Origin: an uncultured Candidatus Saccharibacteria bacterium
GTDB lineage: Bacteria > Patescibacteriota > JACPGU01 > CAZICA01
Length of the DNA: 40,823 nucleotides
Direction of reading: 5' to 3'
NCBI GenBank assembly: GCA_964537705.1
Contig: CAZICA010000005.1
Location: 1 to 40,823, forward strand
Part shown: positions 1 to 9,621 of the stretch, piece after piece
How the letters are laid out: each line of letters starts with the position of its first letter
How positions within the stretch are numbered: position 1 is the first letter of the stretch
Program-made: the position numbers and the translations under genes
The notes under the pieces: model-generated
Told to the model about the DNA's origin: nothing
What the model saw: only the letters and a program-made list of their open reading frames with translations
Databases searched by the model: none

Positions 1-2
1 GG

Positions 3-1463
3 TCATTTTTTAGGTAAATAGAGTTTTTGACCGATATAAATTTCATAAGGCTCTTCAATATTGTTTAATTTTGCAATTTCTCGCCAATCAATTTTAAATT
101 TCTCTCCAATAAGAACCAAGGTATCTCCTTCTTTCACTATATAAACATTTCCTTCAGCTGATTCCTCTGGTTCTTCTAATTCTTTTTCTTCCTCTTTAAT
201 TTCTTCTTTTTTAACTTTCAATTCCTGCCCTATGTAAATCAAATTAGGGTCAGAAATATTGTTAAGTTCCATTATTTCCTCTAAAGTTAGATTAAATTTT
301 TCAGCAATCTGAGCCAAAGTATCTCCTTCTTTAACTATATAAATTCCCTCAGAAGAAAATACTTTCTTCTCTGCTTCTTTTCCTAAATCCTTTCTAACTT
401 TTTCTACTTGAACTTTTTGTTCCCTTTCTTCCTCTGGCTCTTGAAGAGGACCAAAGAGATAAAATCCTTTAATAAATATAAAGCCAAGCACGAAAAGAAT
501 TATCAATATCCAAATCCAAAAGCATCCTGATCTTTTCCCAGTTTTTATCTCAAATACATCCTCAAATTCCTCTGTCTTTCTTCTTCTTAACCCAATCAAT
601 TTAGCAATTCCTACTATTAAAATTAAAAGCACAAAAAGAGCAAAAAATATCAATTGACTATTCCATACTATAAAACTGGTGTCAATCTTGATTAACTTTC
701 CTTTGCCATAATTTATATAATTCTCTGCCTTACAAAATCCAAACAATGGTCCATTAGTTAATTTTGCAGTAAAAACCTTTTCCTCATTTGGTTCTAATAA
801 GCTTTCTGCTAATTTAATTTTTGGATAAGTTATTTTCTTTATTCCTAAATTACAAGAAATTTCCGAAATCGCTGAACTGAGTAAATATGTATTTCCTATA
901 TTTTTAAAGCCAAAATTTATAATGATTTCGGGCTTTTCTAAAATCCATTGGTAATTGAAACTCAAACTCGGCCTTAATTGGAAAATTTTTTTAAAATTAA
1001 CTTGGGTATTTACTTCTGTAACTTTTCCTTTTTCAATAATAGACCTAGACTTATCTGAAACAAAAATATTTATTAAAATCCTTTTTTTCTCTTCATCTTT
1101 TTCTTTTAAAATTAAAAACGCCTTTCTTTCTCCAAGTCCAACACCCTCTGGAATAGCCACTTCTATTTCTAATTCTTTCTTTTCCTCAGGATCTAATAAA
1201 ACTTTAGATTCTGTTTTAATCCATTTACTAGCTGGAATAATAGATTTAAAATCTAAAAGATCAATATCCAACTCTCTTTTTTCTGAAGAAAGGTTATAGA
1301 TTCTTAATACCTTTGTCGAAGAATCTCCGGGAGCCAACTCAAAATCAAAAGATTCTGGAGCAATCTCTAAATCAGCTTTTTGCTCTACATTTTCTTGAGC
1401 AAAAGAAAGTAAAGGAATACTGAGAGAAAGAAAAATTACTAAAGAAAGAAAATATTTTCTCAT
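3..1463 (-). CDS. LysM-domain membrane / peptidoglycan-binding protein
   Basis: From ORF 3..1475. Hydrophobic signal-like N-terminus MRKYFLSLVIFLSLSIPLLSFA, two central TM helices, and two C-terminal LysM-like repeats (YIVKEGDTLAQIAEKF...IYIGQELKV; YIVKEGDTLVLIGEKF...IYIGQKLYLP). Start placed at the ATG at 1463, which is preceded by GGAGGA. Stop is TGA at 3..5. Confidence 0.8.
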   Translation of the reverse strand: MRKYFLSLVIFLSLSIPLLSFAQENVEQKADLEIAPESFDFELAPGDSSTKVLRIYNLSSEKRELDIDLLDFKSIIPASKWIKTESKVLLDPEEKKELEIEVAIPEGVGLGERKAFLILKEKDEEKKRILINIFVSDKSRSIIEKGKVTEVNTQVNFKKIFQLRPSLSFNYQWILEKPEIIINFGFKNIGNTYLLSSAISEISCNLGIKKITYPKIKLAESLLEPNEEKVFTAKLTNGPLFGFCKAENYINYGKGKLIKIDTSFIVWNSQLIFFALFVLLILIVGIAKLIGLRRRKTEEFEDVFEIKTGKRSGCFWIWILIILFVLGFIFIKGFYLFGPLQEPEEEREQKVQVEKVRKDLGKEAEKKVFSSEGIYIVKEGDTLAQIAEKFNLTLEEIMELNNISDPNLIYIGQELKVKKEEIKEEEKELEEPEESAEGNVYIVKEGDTLVLIGEKFKIDWREIAKLNNIEEPYEIYIGQKLYLPKK

Positions 1464-1464
1464 T

Positions 1465-2781
1465 TTATCCTCCATATATTTTCTTTTCTAATTCTTCTGA
1501 TAACTCTTTTATATTAATTCGAATTTGTTTCATAGTATCTCTATCTCTCAAAGTAACTGTATCATCTTCTATTGTCTGAAAATCGATAGTAATACAAAAT
1601 GGAGTCCCAATCTCATCCTGATATCTATATCTTTTTCCTATATTTCCTCTATCATCCCAAAAAGTAGTAAATTTTTCTTTAAGAAGAGAAAACACCTCTT
1701 TTGCTTTTTTAATTAAATTCTCTTTATTTGCTAAAAGAGGAAAAACAGCCACTTTATAAGGAGCTAATTTTGGATCTAATTTTAAAACTACTCTTGTGTC
1801 CTTATTTTCTAATTTTTCTTCAGTATAGGAATCAATAAGGATTGCCAAAAAAGTTCGATCCACTCCAAAAGTTGGCTCAATTACATGAGGTATATACCTT
1901 TCTTTAGTTTCTTCATCAAAATAAGTGAGATCTACTCCTGAAAATTCTTGATGTCTTGATAGATCGAAATCTGTTCTGTAAGCAAGCCCATAAAGCTCTT
2001 TTGTTCCGAAGGGAAATTTATATTCGATGTCACAGGTTCTTTTTGAATAATGAGAAAGTTCTTCTTTTGAATGCTCTCTTACAGAATAATTTTCTTTTTT
2101 AATCCCAATAAAGTTCAACCATTTTTTCATCTCTTTAAGCCAATTTTCAAACTCTGTTTGCCATTCTTTTTCTGTTTTTGGTGGCTTTATAAACCACTCA
2201 ATCTCCATTTGTTCAAATTCTCTGGTTCGGAAGATAAAATTTCCAGGGGTAATCTCATTTCTAAAAGCTTTCCCTATTTGAGCAATCCCAAAAGGTAATT
2301 TTAAAGAAGTGGAATTTAAAACGTTTTTAAAATTAACAAAAATTGCCTGGGCGGTTTCTGGCCTTAAATAAGCTTTATGAGATTCACTCTCAATAGGACC
2401 AACAAATGTCTTAAACATTAGATTAAACTTTTTTGGTTCCGTAAAAGCACCTCCGCAAATAGGACAAGCCTTTTCCACCTGATCTGCTCTAAATCTTTTA
2501 TGACAATTTTTACATTCTACAAGCAAATCAAAAAACTCTTTTGTATGACCTGATGCTTCCCAAATTTTTGGATTCATTAAGATCCCACCATCTATCCCTA
2601 CTATATCTTCTCTATCTTGGACAAAAAATTTCCACCAAAGATTTTTAATGTTATTTTTAAGTTCAACTCCCAAAGGACCATAATCCCAAGCATTTGCAAA
2701 TCCTCCATAAATTTCAGAATTTGGGTATACAAATCCTCTTCTTTTACATAAAGAAACAATTTTTTCCATATCTTCGGTCAT
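1465..2781 (-). CDS. glyQS: Glycine--tRNA ligase (dimeric class II GlyRS)
   Basis: 438 aa. The N-terminus [29 protein letters not shown] is characteristic of GlyQS-type GlyRS. Full length. Confidence 0.95.
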   Translation of the reverse strand: MTEDMEKIVSLCKRRGFVYPNSEIYGGFANAWDYGPLGVELKNNIKNLWWKFFVQDREDIVGIDGGILMNPKIWEASGHTKEFFDLLVECKNCHKRFRADQVEKACPICGGAFTEPKKFNLMFKTFVGPIESESHKAYLRPETAQAIFVNFKNVLNSTSLKLPFGIAQIGKAFRNEITPGNFIFRTREFEQMEIEWFIKPPKTEKEWQTEFENWLKEMKKWLNFIGIKKENYSVREHSKEELSHYSKRTCDIEYKFPFGTKELYGLAYRTDFDLSRHQEFSGVDLTYFDEETKERYIPHVIEPTFGVDRTFLAILIDSYTEEKLENKDTRVVLKLDPKLAPYKVAVFPLLANKENLIKKAKEVFSLLKEKFTTFWDDRGNIGKRYRYQDEIGTPFCITIDFQTIEDDTVTLRDRDTMKQIRINIKELSEELEKKIYGG

Positions 2782-2788
2782 TTTTGAG

Positions 2789-3919
2789 TTAATTTTTATA
2801 AATTCTCATAAGATCAGGAGGGATTCGGGTGACAATTTCATAATTGATGGTATCAATTTTTGAAGCTAGCTCATCCGCTGTAATTATATCATTGCCCTGG
2901 GATCCAATCAATACAACCTCATCTCCTACTTTAGCATTAATATCTGAAATATCGATCATACTCATATTCATGCAAACCCTTCCAACTATTTTAGAACGCT
3001 TTCCCTTTACAAGTACTTCCCCTTTATTAGAAAACCCTCGATCAAATCCTTCTGCATATCCAACAGGTATTACTGCTATTTTCATAGGTTTTTTAATTTT
3101 ATAACTACATCCATATCCGATAAATCCAGGGGGTTTTAATCTTTTAATTTGAACAACTTTTGTTTTAAAAGAAAGGGCAGGCTTTAATCTTTTAATCTTT
3201 ATTTCCCCTTTTTCCCATAAATGTTTTATTTCCTCCGAAGGCCAGAGTCCATAGGCAGCTATTCCAATTCTTACCATATCAAACCAAGTTTCTTTAAGCC
3301 AAATTGCTGCTGCTGATGCTGCTAGATGGAAAATTGGTCTTTCTTTTAGTTCTTTTTTTATTTCATTTATTACTGATTTAAAATTTTTTATTTGGTATTT
3401 TGTGTAATCAATATCCTTTTCTTCTACTGAAGCTAAATGACTCATTATTCCTTCTAGCTGGATAGCTGGAACCTTTTTTATTTCTTTGATCACTTCCTTG
3501 ACTTCAAAAGGCATCACCCCTAATCTAGAAATTCCGGTATCTATTTTCAAATGAACCTTTAATCTTTTCTGAGAAGGCAATTTTTTAAGAAAAGGTCTAA
3601 TTGATTTTAAATGATCTTTGCTAATTATAACTATTGAGATGTTCTTTTCTACTGCTTTTAGAATTTCCTGGGGTTCGGTATAACCCATCACTAATATTGG
3701 TTTTTTAATACCGATTTCTCGAAGTTTTAAAGCTTCGTTCAAATTCACCACCCCGAAAAAATCAACTATTTTTTCAACAGCTTTTGAAACCTCTATCATC
3801 CCATGTCCATAGGCATTTGCTTTTACAACAATTAAAATCTTTTGGCTATTTAAAACATTTTTAATAGCCTTCAAATTTTCTTTGATTGCTTTAAGATCTA
3901 TTTCACAGAAAGTTAGCAT
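2789..3919 (-). CDS. alr: Alanine racemase
   Basis: 376 aa. PLP-lysine motif [10 protein letters not shown] near the N-terminus, with the typical length and C-terminal beta domain. Confidence 0.93.
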   Translation of the reverse strand: MLTFCEIDLKAIKENLKAIKNVLNSQKILIVVKANAYGHGMIEVSKAVEKIVDFFGVVNLNEALKLREIGIKKPILVMGYTEPQEILKAVEKNISIVIISKDHLKSIRPFLKKLPSQKRLKVHLKIDTGISRLGVMPFEVKEVIKEIKKVPAIQLEGIMSHLASVEEKDIDYTKYQIKNFKSVINEIKKELKERPIFHLAASAAAIWLKETWFDMVRIGIAAYGLWPSEEIKHLWEKGEIKIKRLKPALSFKTKVVQIKRLKPPGFIGYGCSYKIKKPMKIAVIPVGYAEGFDRGFSNKGEVLVKGKRSKIVGRVCMNMSMIDISDINAKVGDEVVLIGSQGNDIITADELASKIDTINYEIVTRIPPDLMRIYKN

Positions 3920-4667
3920 ATTCTAAAAAATTTACGCTTTTTATCTCTTTATCTCCTAGGTGATATTTAATAAAAATTTGCATTAACTTATTTAATTTCT
4001 TTAACAGTTCATTATTAATTTTAGATGAAAAAATTTGAGAAAATTCATTTTCTAAAATATAGGTGCCTGTTTCTCTTAATTTATCAGAAATCAAAATTCC
4101 CTCTCTATTATTTCTGCATTTTTCGCACAAAACGCCCCCTAATTCAAAAGAAAATAGATTTTTTTCTTTTAAATTATCTTTTCCGCATTTTATACAATTT
4201 TCAAATTGAGGAGCATATCCTAAAATTTTTGTTAACTTAAGTTGAAAATAAACCAAAACTAAAGGAAGAATATCTTTTTTTAATTCATCTAAATAATTTA
4301 AACATTCTAAAAGCAGGTCGAAAAGTTCTTTCCCTTTAGGATCGCTGATCTCTTCTTCTATTAATTTATTAACAAGTTCTAAAAAATAAAATCCGTAAAA
4401 TAAAAAAGAAAGATCTTTTTTTAAGTTTAAAAACGAATTTTCAAGTTGAACACCTATTATTAAATCAAATTTTTTTCCTTTCGCTATCTCTATATTTACC
4501 AAATTAAATAGTTGAAAATAAGGTGCTAATTTTGCTGAACTTTTTTTCATTCCCTTTCCTTTCAACTTCAGTTTCCCGTTTTCTGTCAGCACAGTTATTA
4601 ATTTATCTTGTTCTTTTAGATCTTTAATATCTAAAACAATTCCTCTTGTTCTATGAATTTGGATCAT
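3903..4667 (-). CDS. recO: DNA repair protein RecO
   Basis: 254 aa. N-terminal OB-like region (RTRGIVLDIKDLKEQDKLITVLTENGK) and a central CxxC...CxxC zinc motif (CIKCGKD...CEKC). Confidence 0.85.
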   Translation of the reverse strand: MIQIHRTRGIVLDIKDLKEQDKLITVLTENGKLKLKGKGMKKSSAKLAPYFQLFNLVNIEIAKGKKFDLIIGVQLENSFLNLKKDLSFLFYGFYFLELVNKLIEEEISDPKGKELFDLLLECLNYLDELKKDILPLVLVYFQLKLTKILGYAPQFENCIKCGKDNLKEKNLFSFELGGVLCEKCRNNREGILISDKLRETGTYILENEFSQIFSSKINNELLKKLNKLMQIFIKYHLGDKEIKSVNFLEYANFL

Positions 4668-5773
4668 TTTTTCTTTCTTATCTTGAATTTTTTCTCTAAT
4701 TCATTTAAAGTTTCCACTACACCTGTATATTCTAGTTCAGACATTGGTAACATTGCTGGCCCAAAAAATCCTTGCCTTCGGATCTCTTGAGCTTTTCTTG
4801 CTGCTTCATCTCTTACCCAATCCCAATAAGGATGATCAAATGCATCAGCTGGCTCTGTAAGTTTTCCTCTTTTAACACAAAAAGCTAAACAACTAACTTG
4901 AGGGGGACCATCAAAATACGAGATTGGGCTATTCTTTTTCACAGGAATCAAAGGACCAATATGAGATCCCCTCATAAATCCAGCAACATAATGAGCTATA
5001 GAGAAAGAAGCTAATATTTCTCCTGTTGCTGGAAAATTTTTCTGGGTTCTTACAATCATCACTGGATCATCTTTTCCCACATATTTTCCTGCAATATTAT
5101 GAAGACGAGTTGTACTTACTGATACCACCTGTTCTCCTGTAGCTCTAGAGAAAATCCCTTCTATTACAAATCGTTCTGTGTCTCTTAAAAGAGCAGCAAG
5201 ATCATAAAGATCCTCCGGGGCCTCCAACTCTATTATTTTATCTGCTTTTGTATAACTAACATCAATTATTCTAAATCTAAATCCTTTTTTAATTATTGGA
5301 GATAGAATTAATCCAGGAGTATTCATTGGGTCGGCAAAACTTAAATAAAGAGGTAAATTAAAAGCACCTGGATCTGTTTTATCAGCAGCAAAAATTAAAA
5401 ATGGCTCAGCTGGTCTTTCTTCAAACTCGATTTCAGCAACTGCTGGCCCCATTCCCTTAACATTTCCTGCAAAAGCTTCTTTTAAAAGATCTTGTCCAGC
5501 TCCATAAAGACCTTGTGCTTTTGCAATCTCCGTGCCTTTTTTAAAAGCATCCCAACAAATTTTATGAACCTTCTCATTAAGAGGTCCCTTTTTATGAACA
5601 GATAAGATAGCGATATCATCTCCTGTGAATCCTACATAAAAATCTAGAAAAACTCCTTTAGCTTGTTTTTTTAAAAAAGAACAAATACTCTCTATCAATT
5701 TAGAAGAAGGTTTGATATGACCTCCTATCGAGCCTATATCTGCTTTAATAAGACTTAAAGTAATTTTTGCCAT
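4664..5773 (-). CDS. fbp: Fructose-1,6-bisphosphate aldolase/phosphatase (class V FBPase, archaeal type)
   Basis: 369 aa. Matches this family through SLIKADIGSIGGH at the N-terminus plus GKYVGKDDPVMIVR, MRGSHIGPLIPV and FDGPP. GGAGGG RBS upstream. Confidence 0.92.
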   Translation of the reverse strand: MAKITLSLIKADIGSIGGHIKPSSKLIESICSFLKKQAKGVFLDFYVGFTGDDIAILSVHKKGPLNEKVHKICWDAFKKGTEIAKAQGLYGAGQDLLKEAFAGNVKGMGPAVAEIEFEERPAEPFLIFAADKTDPGAFNLPLYLSFADPMNTPGLILSPIIKKGFRFRIIDVSYTKADKIIELEAPEDLYDLAALLRDTERFVIEGIFSRATGEQVVSVSTTRLHNIAGKYVGKDDPVMIVRTQKNFPATGEILASFSIAHYVAGFMRGSHIGPLIPVKKNSPISYFDGPPQVSCLAFCVKRGKLTEPADAFDHPYWDWVRDEAARKAQEIRRQGFFGPAMLPMSELEYTGVVETLNELEKKFKIRKKK

Positions 5774-5788
5774 TTTCCCTCCTTTTAA

Positions 5789-6664
5789 TTATTTCTGACA
5801 TTTTGGACAAAAATGAGCAGAACGTCCTCCTATTTTTATTCTTTCAATAATTGTTCCGCATTTTTTACAAGGTTTTCCTTCTCTTCGATAGACAAATCGC
5901 TCCCTATCAAATCTTCCCAATCTCCCTTTTATGTCCCTAAAATCGGAAATACTTTCTCCTCTTAATTTTATAGCCTTTTTTAATACATTTGAGATAGAAT
6001 TATAAATCCTTTTCAGCTCTTTTTCACTTAGATCTTTTACATCTCTTGCAGGTAAAATTCCGCTTTCAAATAAAATTTCATCAGAATATATGTTTCCAAT
6101 TCCTGCAATTACTGATTGATCCATTAAAATTTTTTTAATTGGTCCTTTTCTATTTTTAATTGCTTCTTTAAATTTTTCAAAGGTAAAATCTTTCTCCAAA
6201 GGTTCAGGACCATATTCGGAAAGATAGTTAGCTAAACTTTCTTTATCAATTAATCTAATAGCGGCAAATTTTCTTAGATCTGATAAAGCAAGTTGATTTC
6301 CGTCAGAAAGTAAAAAGGAGAGATGAATAAATTGATTTCTGGGATCTTTAAGTTCTTCTGGCAAATTATCTCCTGTCCATTTTGAATTTTTAATTTTATA
6401 TTTCGAATCCACTAGTAGAAGATGTCCTGTCAATTTCAAATGAATCAATAAAACTTTATCCGAGGATAAATAAAAAAGAAGATTTTTTGCTCTTCTTTTA
6501 ATCTCTTTAATCTCTTTATTTTTTATTTCTCGCTCAAATTCTTTAAAGGAAGGTTCTTTTATTAGGTTTTTAGTATCACAATATAAAATTTCAAGGATCT
6601 TTTTTCCTTTTATAGATTTATTCAAATCTCTTTTAATTGTTTCAACCTCTGGAAGTTCAGGCAT
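5789..6664 (-). CDS. mutM: Formamidopyrimidine-DNA glycosylase (Fpg/MutM)
   Basis: 291 aa. Catalytic N-terminus MPELPEVE and a C-terminal zinc finger CKKCGT...CPKCQ. Confidence 0.93.
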   Translation of the reverse strand: MPELPEVETIKRDLNKSIKGKKILEILYCDTKNLIKEPSFKEFEREIKNKEIKEIKRRAKNLLFYLSSDKVLLIHLKLTGHLLLVDSKYKIKNSKWTGDNLPEELKDPRNQFIHLSFLLSDGNQLALSDLRKFAAIRLIDKESLANYLSEYGPEPLEKDFTFEKFKEAIKNRKGPIKKILMDQSVIAGIGNIYSDEILFESGILPARDVKDLSEKELKRIYNSISNVLKKAIKLRGESISDFRDIKGRLGRFDRERFVYRREGKPCKKCGTIIERIKIGGRSAHFCPKCQK

Positions 6665-7579
6665 CTAAGCTGCCTTCCTATAATCAAATCCTATTTGATT
6701 AAAAATTTCTATTAATCTTTTATCAACTTCTTCTTTTTTAGTATTTTGCTCTCTAATAGCTTTCTCCCATCTTTCCTCTTCTTTTAAATTTGGCTCTATC
6801 GTCCCACTTAATGAATCATCGAATTTCTCTAAAAATTTTTCTAACTCATCTAACGGGAGTTTAGAAGGCTCTATTTCTAAATATCTCTCTTCTTTTATCT
6901 TATCTTCTTCCTTTCTTCTCTCTTTATATTTAATTTTCCCTTCTTTTTCGAATATAACATCTTCTAAAGGAGCATCTTTCTCTGTAAAAAGGATACTTAA
7001 ATCAATTTTTCCATTTTCTATCATCTCAAATAATTGCTTGTTGGTAACAGGTCTTTCCTCTCCTTTTTCTAAAGGAAATTTTACCTCTAACCCTTTAATT
7101 CCATAATTTTTGAAAGAAAAAATTGTTTTTCCTTTTTCATCGATTATTCTTTCCTTTGGAGCTAATTTTTTTAATAAAGCAACTAGACTTTCTCGGAGAG
7201 TCTTGTCAATAGGACTCTCTAAAGCTCTTTTTTCTTCGGGTTTAAGAGAAAGATTAAATAATTTTCTTTCTATTCCTTCTCTTCTCTTTCTTAAATCTTC
7301 TTTAATAGGTAAAAGAAATGTTTCTTTGTAAAGCTTGTTAATTTCTTCCCTTTTTTCTAATTCTGTTTGATAACTCTCAATAGTCGAAATAATGGCTATT
7401 CTTTCGGCATTTTTATTGTTTAATTCCCGCTCAAAAACCCTTTTTTCTTTAAGAGATAATTCACTTAAAGGTAAATGTTCTAATGCTTTTTCTATTAATT
7501 TTTCATTAATTTCTAGTTTTGGTAATTCTTCCGAGGAAATTTTTTCTACCGATGGGAATGGCTCTTTTTCTTCTTTCAT
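6665..7579 (-). CDS. Hypothetical Lys/Glu-rich protein, probably largely helical
   Basis: 304-aa ORF with no motif I recognise. Its TAG stop (6665..6667) directly abuts the mutM ATG (6662..6664), and it starts 37 nt after the EndoQ-like gene, so it is probably co-transcribed with both. Confidence 0.6.
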   Translation of the reverse strand: MKEEKEPFPSVEKISSEELPKLEINEKLIEKALEHLPLSELSLKEKRVFERELNNKNAERIAIISTIESYQTELEKREEINKLYKETFLLPIKEDLRKRREGIERKLFNLSLKPEEKRALESPIDKTLRESLVALLKKLAPKERIIDEKGKTIFSFKNYGIKGLEVKFPLEKGEERPVTNKQLFEMIENGKIDLSILFTEKDAPLEDVIFEKEGKIKYKERRKEEDKIKEERYLEIEPSKLPLDELEKFLEKFDDSLSGTIEPNLKEEERWEKAIREQNTKKEEVDKRLIEIFNQIGFDYRKAA

Positions 7580-7616
7580 TTTTTACCCCTTTCAAATTAA
7601 AGAAAATATGTATTAA

Positions 7617-8930
7617 TTAAAACAATCTCATTTGTTCCTCTTCTTTAGTATACTCCATCTTTTTCTCCTTATCAACTCCTTTTCCAAATACAGAAATTTT
7701 GCCATAGATTCCATCATATCCTGGAATTTTTAAAACATCTCCTTTTCTTGCTTTTAAAATACCTTCTAAAATATTAGGTGGACAACCTCCTTTCTTAAGC
7801 TCCTCTTCTGATTTTTCAAGAAGGATAGAAAATTCTGAATCGAACCTGAAAATTAAATCAAAATATTGAGCTTCTACTGCTTTTGAATTCTTGTTTTGAC
7901 CCAAAGCTTCTGCAATAATTTCTATCAAAGGAACCAGATGAACAGAATCAACAGCATTTTTAGGCTTAAACCCTTCTTCCCTATCTGCTAATGCTTCCAC
8001 TCGATGAAGTACTCCAATAGTTAAAGGTTTCCCACATTTAGGACAAATATTATTGTTCTTTATAGCTTCTTTTGGAGACATTCTAAGTCCACAATTTCTA
8101 TGGCCATCAAAATGATACTTCCCTTCTTCTGGAAAAAACTCAATAGTATAGAGAAATTTATCCGATTCCTGAGCCGGTTTTCGATTAAAAGGAGCTGAGT
8201 TTTTGATTAATTCAATTAATTTCTGATAACTGAAATCCTCTATATCTTTTATCTCAAAAACATTTGCTTCCCTAGCTATATTTGAAGGAGAATGGGAATC
8301 AGAATTGGAAATTAAACATATCTTATCTAAAGCAGAAATTCTCCAATTCATTTCTGGATCAGAAGAAAGACCGGTTTCTAAAGCATAGATATAAGAACTT
8401 AAATCTTTAAAGCACTCTTTGATTGAATCAAAGCCAGAATTTGCACCAAATAAAGAAAACCAAGGAGTCCAAACATGAGCAGGAACAACAAAACAATTTT
8501 CATCTATATTAAGGATCAATTGTAAAAGATCATAGGCAGATAAAGAAAAGGTTGGTCTTCCATCTGCGTATAAATTCCCAAAATCACTTAATCTTTCATT
8601 AATTAAAGCTACGGTTTTAAAAGATGGTGCGAAAATCAAAAGATGGATTTTTCTTAATTTTCCTCCCTCAGAATAAATACAAGAGACTTCGGTGGTTAAA
8701 ATAAACAAAGGAAATTTTTCTCGAGAATTTTTAAATTTGAAAAATCCATTCCCTAAAGGCTCTAATTTATTTTTTAATTCGTCAAACCAGAATGGATGAG
8801 TAAAATCCCCTGTTCCTAAAATTCCAACCCCTTTATACTTTGCCCACTCTAAAAGATGCTCTAAATCCATATTTTTAGAGGTAGCTCGACTGTATTTCGA
8901 ATGAATATGAAAATCACAAATTAACCTCAT
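7617..8930 (-). CDS. Endonuclease Q-like PHP-domain nuclease (TIGR00375-type)
   Basis: 437 aa. N-terminal PHP motif DFHIHSKYSRATS...GILGTGDFTHP and a C-terminal Zn-finger-like region HRNC...CPKCGKPLTIGVLHRVEAL, the layout I associate with archaeal EndoQ. Confidence 0.8.
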   Translation of the reverse strand: MRLICDFHIHSKYSRATSKNMDLEHLLEWAKYKGVGILGTGDFTHPFWFDELKNKLEPLGNGFFKFKNSREKFPLFILTTEVSCIYSEGGKLRKIHLLIFAPSFKTVALINERLSDFGNLYADGRPTFSLSAYDLLQLILNIDENCFVVPAHVWTPWFSLFGANSGFDSIKECFKDLSSYIYALETGLSSDPEMNWRISALDKICLISNSDSHSPSNIAREANVFEIKDIEDFSYQKLIELIKNSAPFNRKPAQESDKFLYTIEFFPEEGKYHFDGHRNCGLRMSPKEAIKNNNICPKCGKPLTIGVLHRVEALADREEGFKPKNAVDSVHLVPLIEIIAEALGQNKNSKAVEAQYFDLIFRFDSEFSILLEKSEEELKKGGCPPNILEGILKARKGDVLKIPGYDGIYGKISVFGKGVDKEKKMEYTKEEEQMRLF

Positions 8931-8950
8931 AATTAAAACGTAAAAATAAA

Positions 8951-9079
8951 AGCGTAAAGCGTAAAGCGTAAAGCGTAAAGCGTAAAGCGTAAAATTAAAA
9001 ATTAGTTTTTAGCTTTTAGTTTTTAGTTTTTAGTTTTAAATTATCGTTTTTCGCTTTTAGCTTTTAGTTTTTAGTTTCA
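8951..9079. repeat. Heptanucleotide tandem-repeat block
   Basis: Read directly. (AGCGTAA)x6 at 8951..8992, AATTAAAAATT core at 8993..9003, five T-rich heptamers (AGTTTTT/AGCTTTT) at 9004..9038, AATTAT, then five more (CGTTTTT/CGCTTTT/AGCTTTT/AGTTTTT/AGTTTCA) at 9045..9079. The last run encodes the C-terminal KLKTKS tail of the phosphoesterase gene. Confidence 0.9.
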
Positions 9080-9533
9080 TTATCAGCCATTGATTCTTTC
9101 TTCCTCTCCACTTTGTTTTTATCATAACATATTTTCCTTTTAATTTCCTCCCTTTAAGCACAAATTCTAATTCTGTCAGCTTTTCAGTAGGAGATGTTTT
9201 AATTTTCAAATCTTTATAAGTTCCTTTATCCCAAATCTTAACCTTACCTGCCCCATAAAGTCCTTCAGGAATTTCTCCTTCAAAATTAATATAATCAACA
9301 GGGTGATCTTCCACCTGAACAGCTAATCTTTTTATTCCTGGTTCTTCAGGTATTCCTTTTGGAACCGCCCATGATTTTAAAACCCCATCCATTTCTAATC
9401 TAAAATCAAAATGATGATGAGTGGCCCAATGTTCCTGAACAACAAATCTTTTCTTACCTGTTTTTATTACCTTCCCTTTTGGCTCAGGTGTTTTTTCAAA
9501 AATCCTTTTTTCCCAATACTCTTTAAGACTCAT
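9057..9533 (-). CDS. Stand-alone LigD-type 3'-phosphoesterase (PE) domain protein
   Basis: Motifs LKEYWEKRIFEKTPEP and FVVQEHWATHHHFDFRLEMDGVLKSWAVPKGIP match the LigD PE domain. The ORF track extends to a GTG at 9599, but the family N-terminus begins at MSLKEYWEKR (ATG at 9533). The GC-rich palindrome at 9596..9610 looks intergenic. Confidence 0.85.
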   Translation of the reverse strand: MSLKEYWEKRIFEKTPEPKGKVIKTGKKRFVVQEHWATHHHFDFRLEMDGVLKSWAVPKGIPEEPGIKRLAVQVEDHPVDYINFEGEIPEGLYGAGKVKIWDKGTYKDLKIKTSPTEKLTELEFVLKGRKLKGKYVMIKTKWRGRKNQWLIMKLKTKS

Positions 9534-9621
9534 AAATTTAAAAAATTTTTCTAAAAACGAAGTTAAGATTTGATACCCAAAGTGTCCGGGATTGACCACC
9601 CCCGGGGTGGGAATTAAACTA

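Noticed and set aside
955-1299. 114-aa plus-strand ORF inside the LysM protein gene
   Set aside because: It is antisense to a well-supported CDS. It is low-complexity and S/F/L-rich, as expected for the mirror frame of an AT-rich gene. It has no RBS and no recognisable motif.
6665-7579. Whether either unknown protein (304 aa here, 207 aa at 12500..13123) is a divergent Ku, and whether any ORF is an ATP-dependent ligase
   Set aside because: Neither shows anything resembling the Ku beta-barrel core sequence I know. No ORF has a ligase adenylation motif (KxDG). Only profile or structure searches could settle remote homology.
8951-9079. Repeat block as a possible CRISPR array or replication-origin iterons
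   Set aside because: The units are 7 nt, contiguous and without spacers, so this is not CRISPR. I saw no DnaA-box-like 9-mers and no dnaA or dnaN nearby, so an origin is unsupported.
9534-9599. GTG-initiated 22-aa extension of the LigD phosphoesterase ORF
   Set aside because: The conserved family N-terminus (LxxYxxKRxFxxTPEP) begins at the internal ATG. The extension contains a GC-rich palindrome (9596..9610) that looks like an intergenic structure. The start remains somewhat uncertain.
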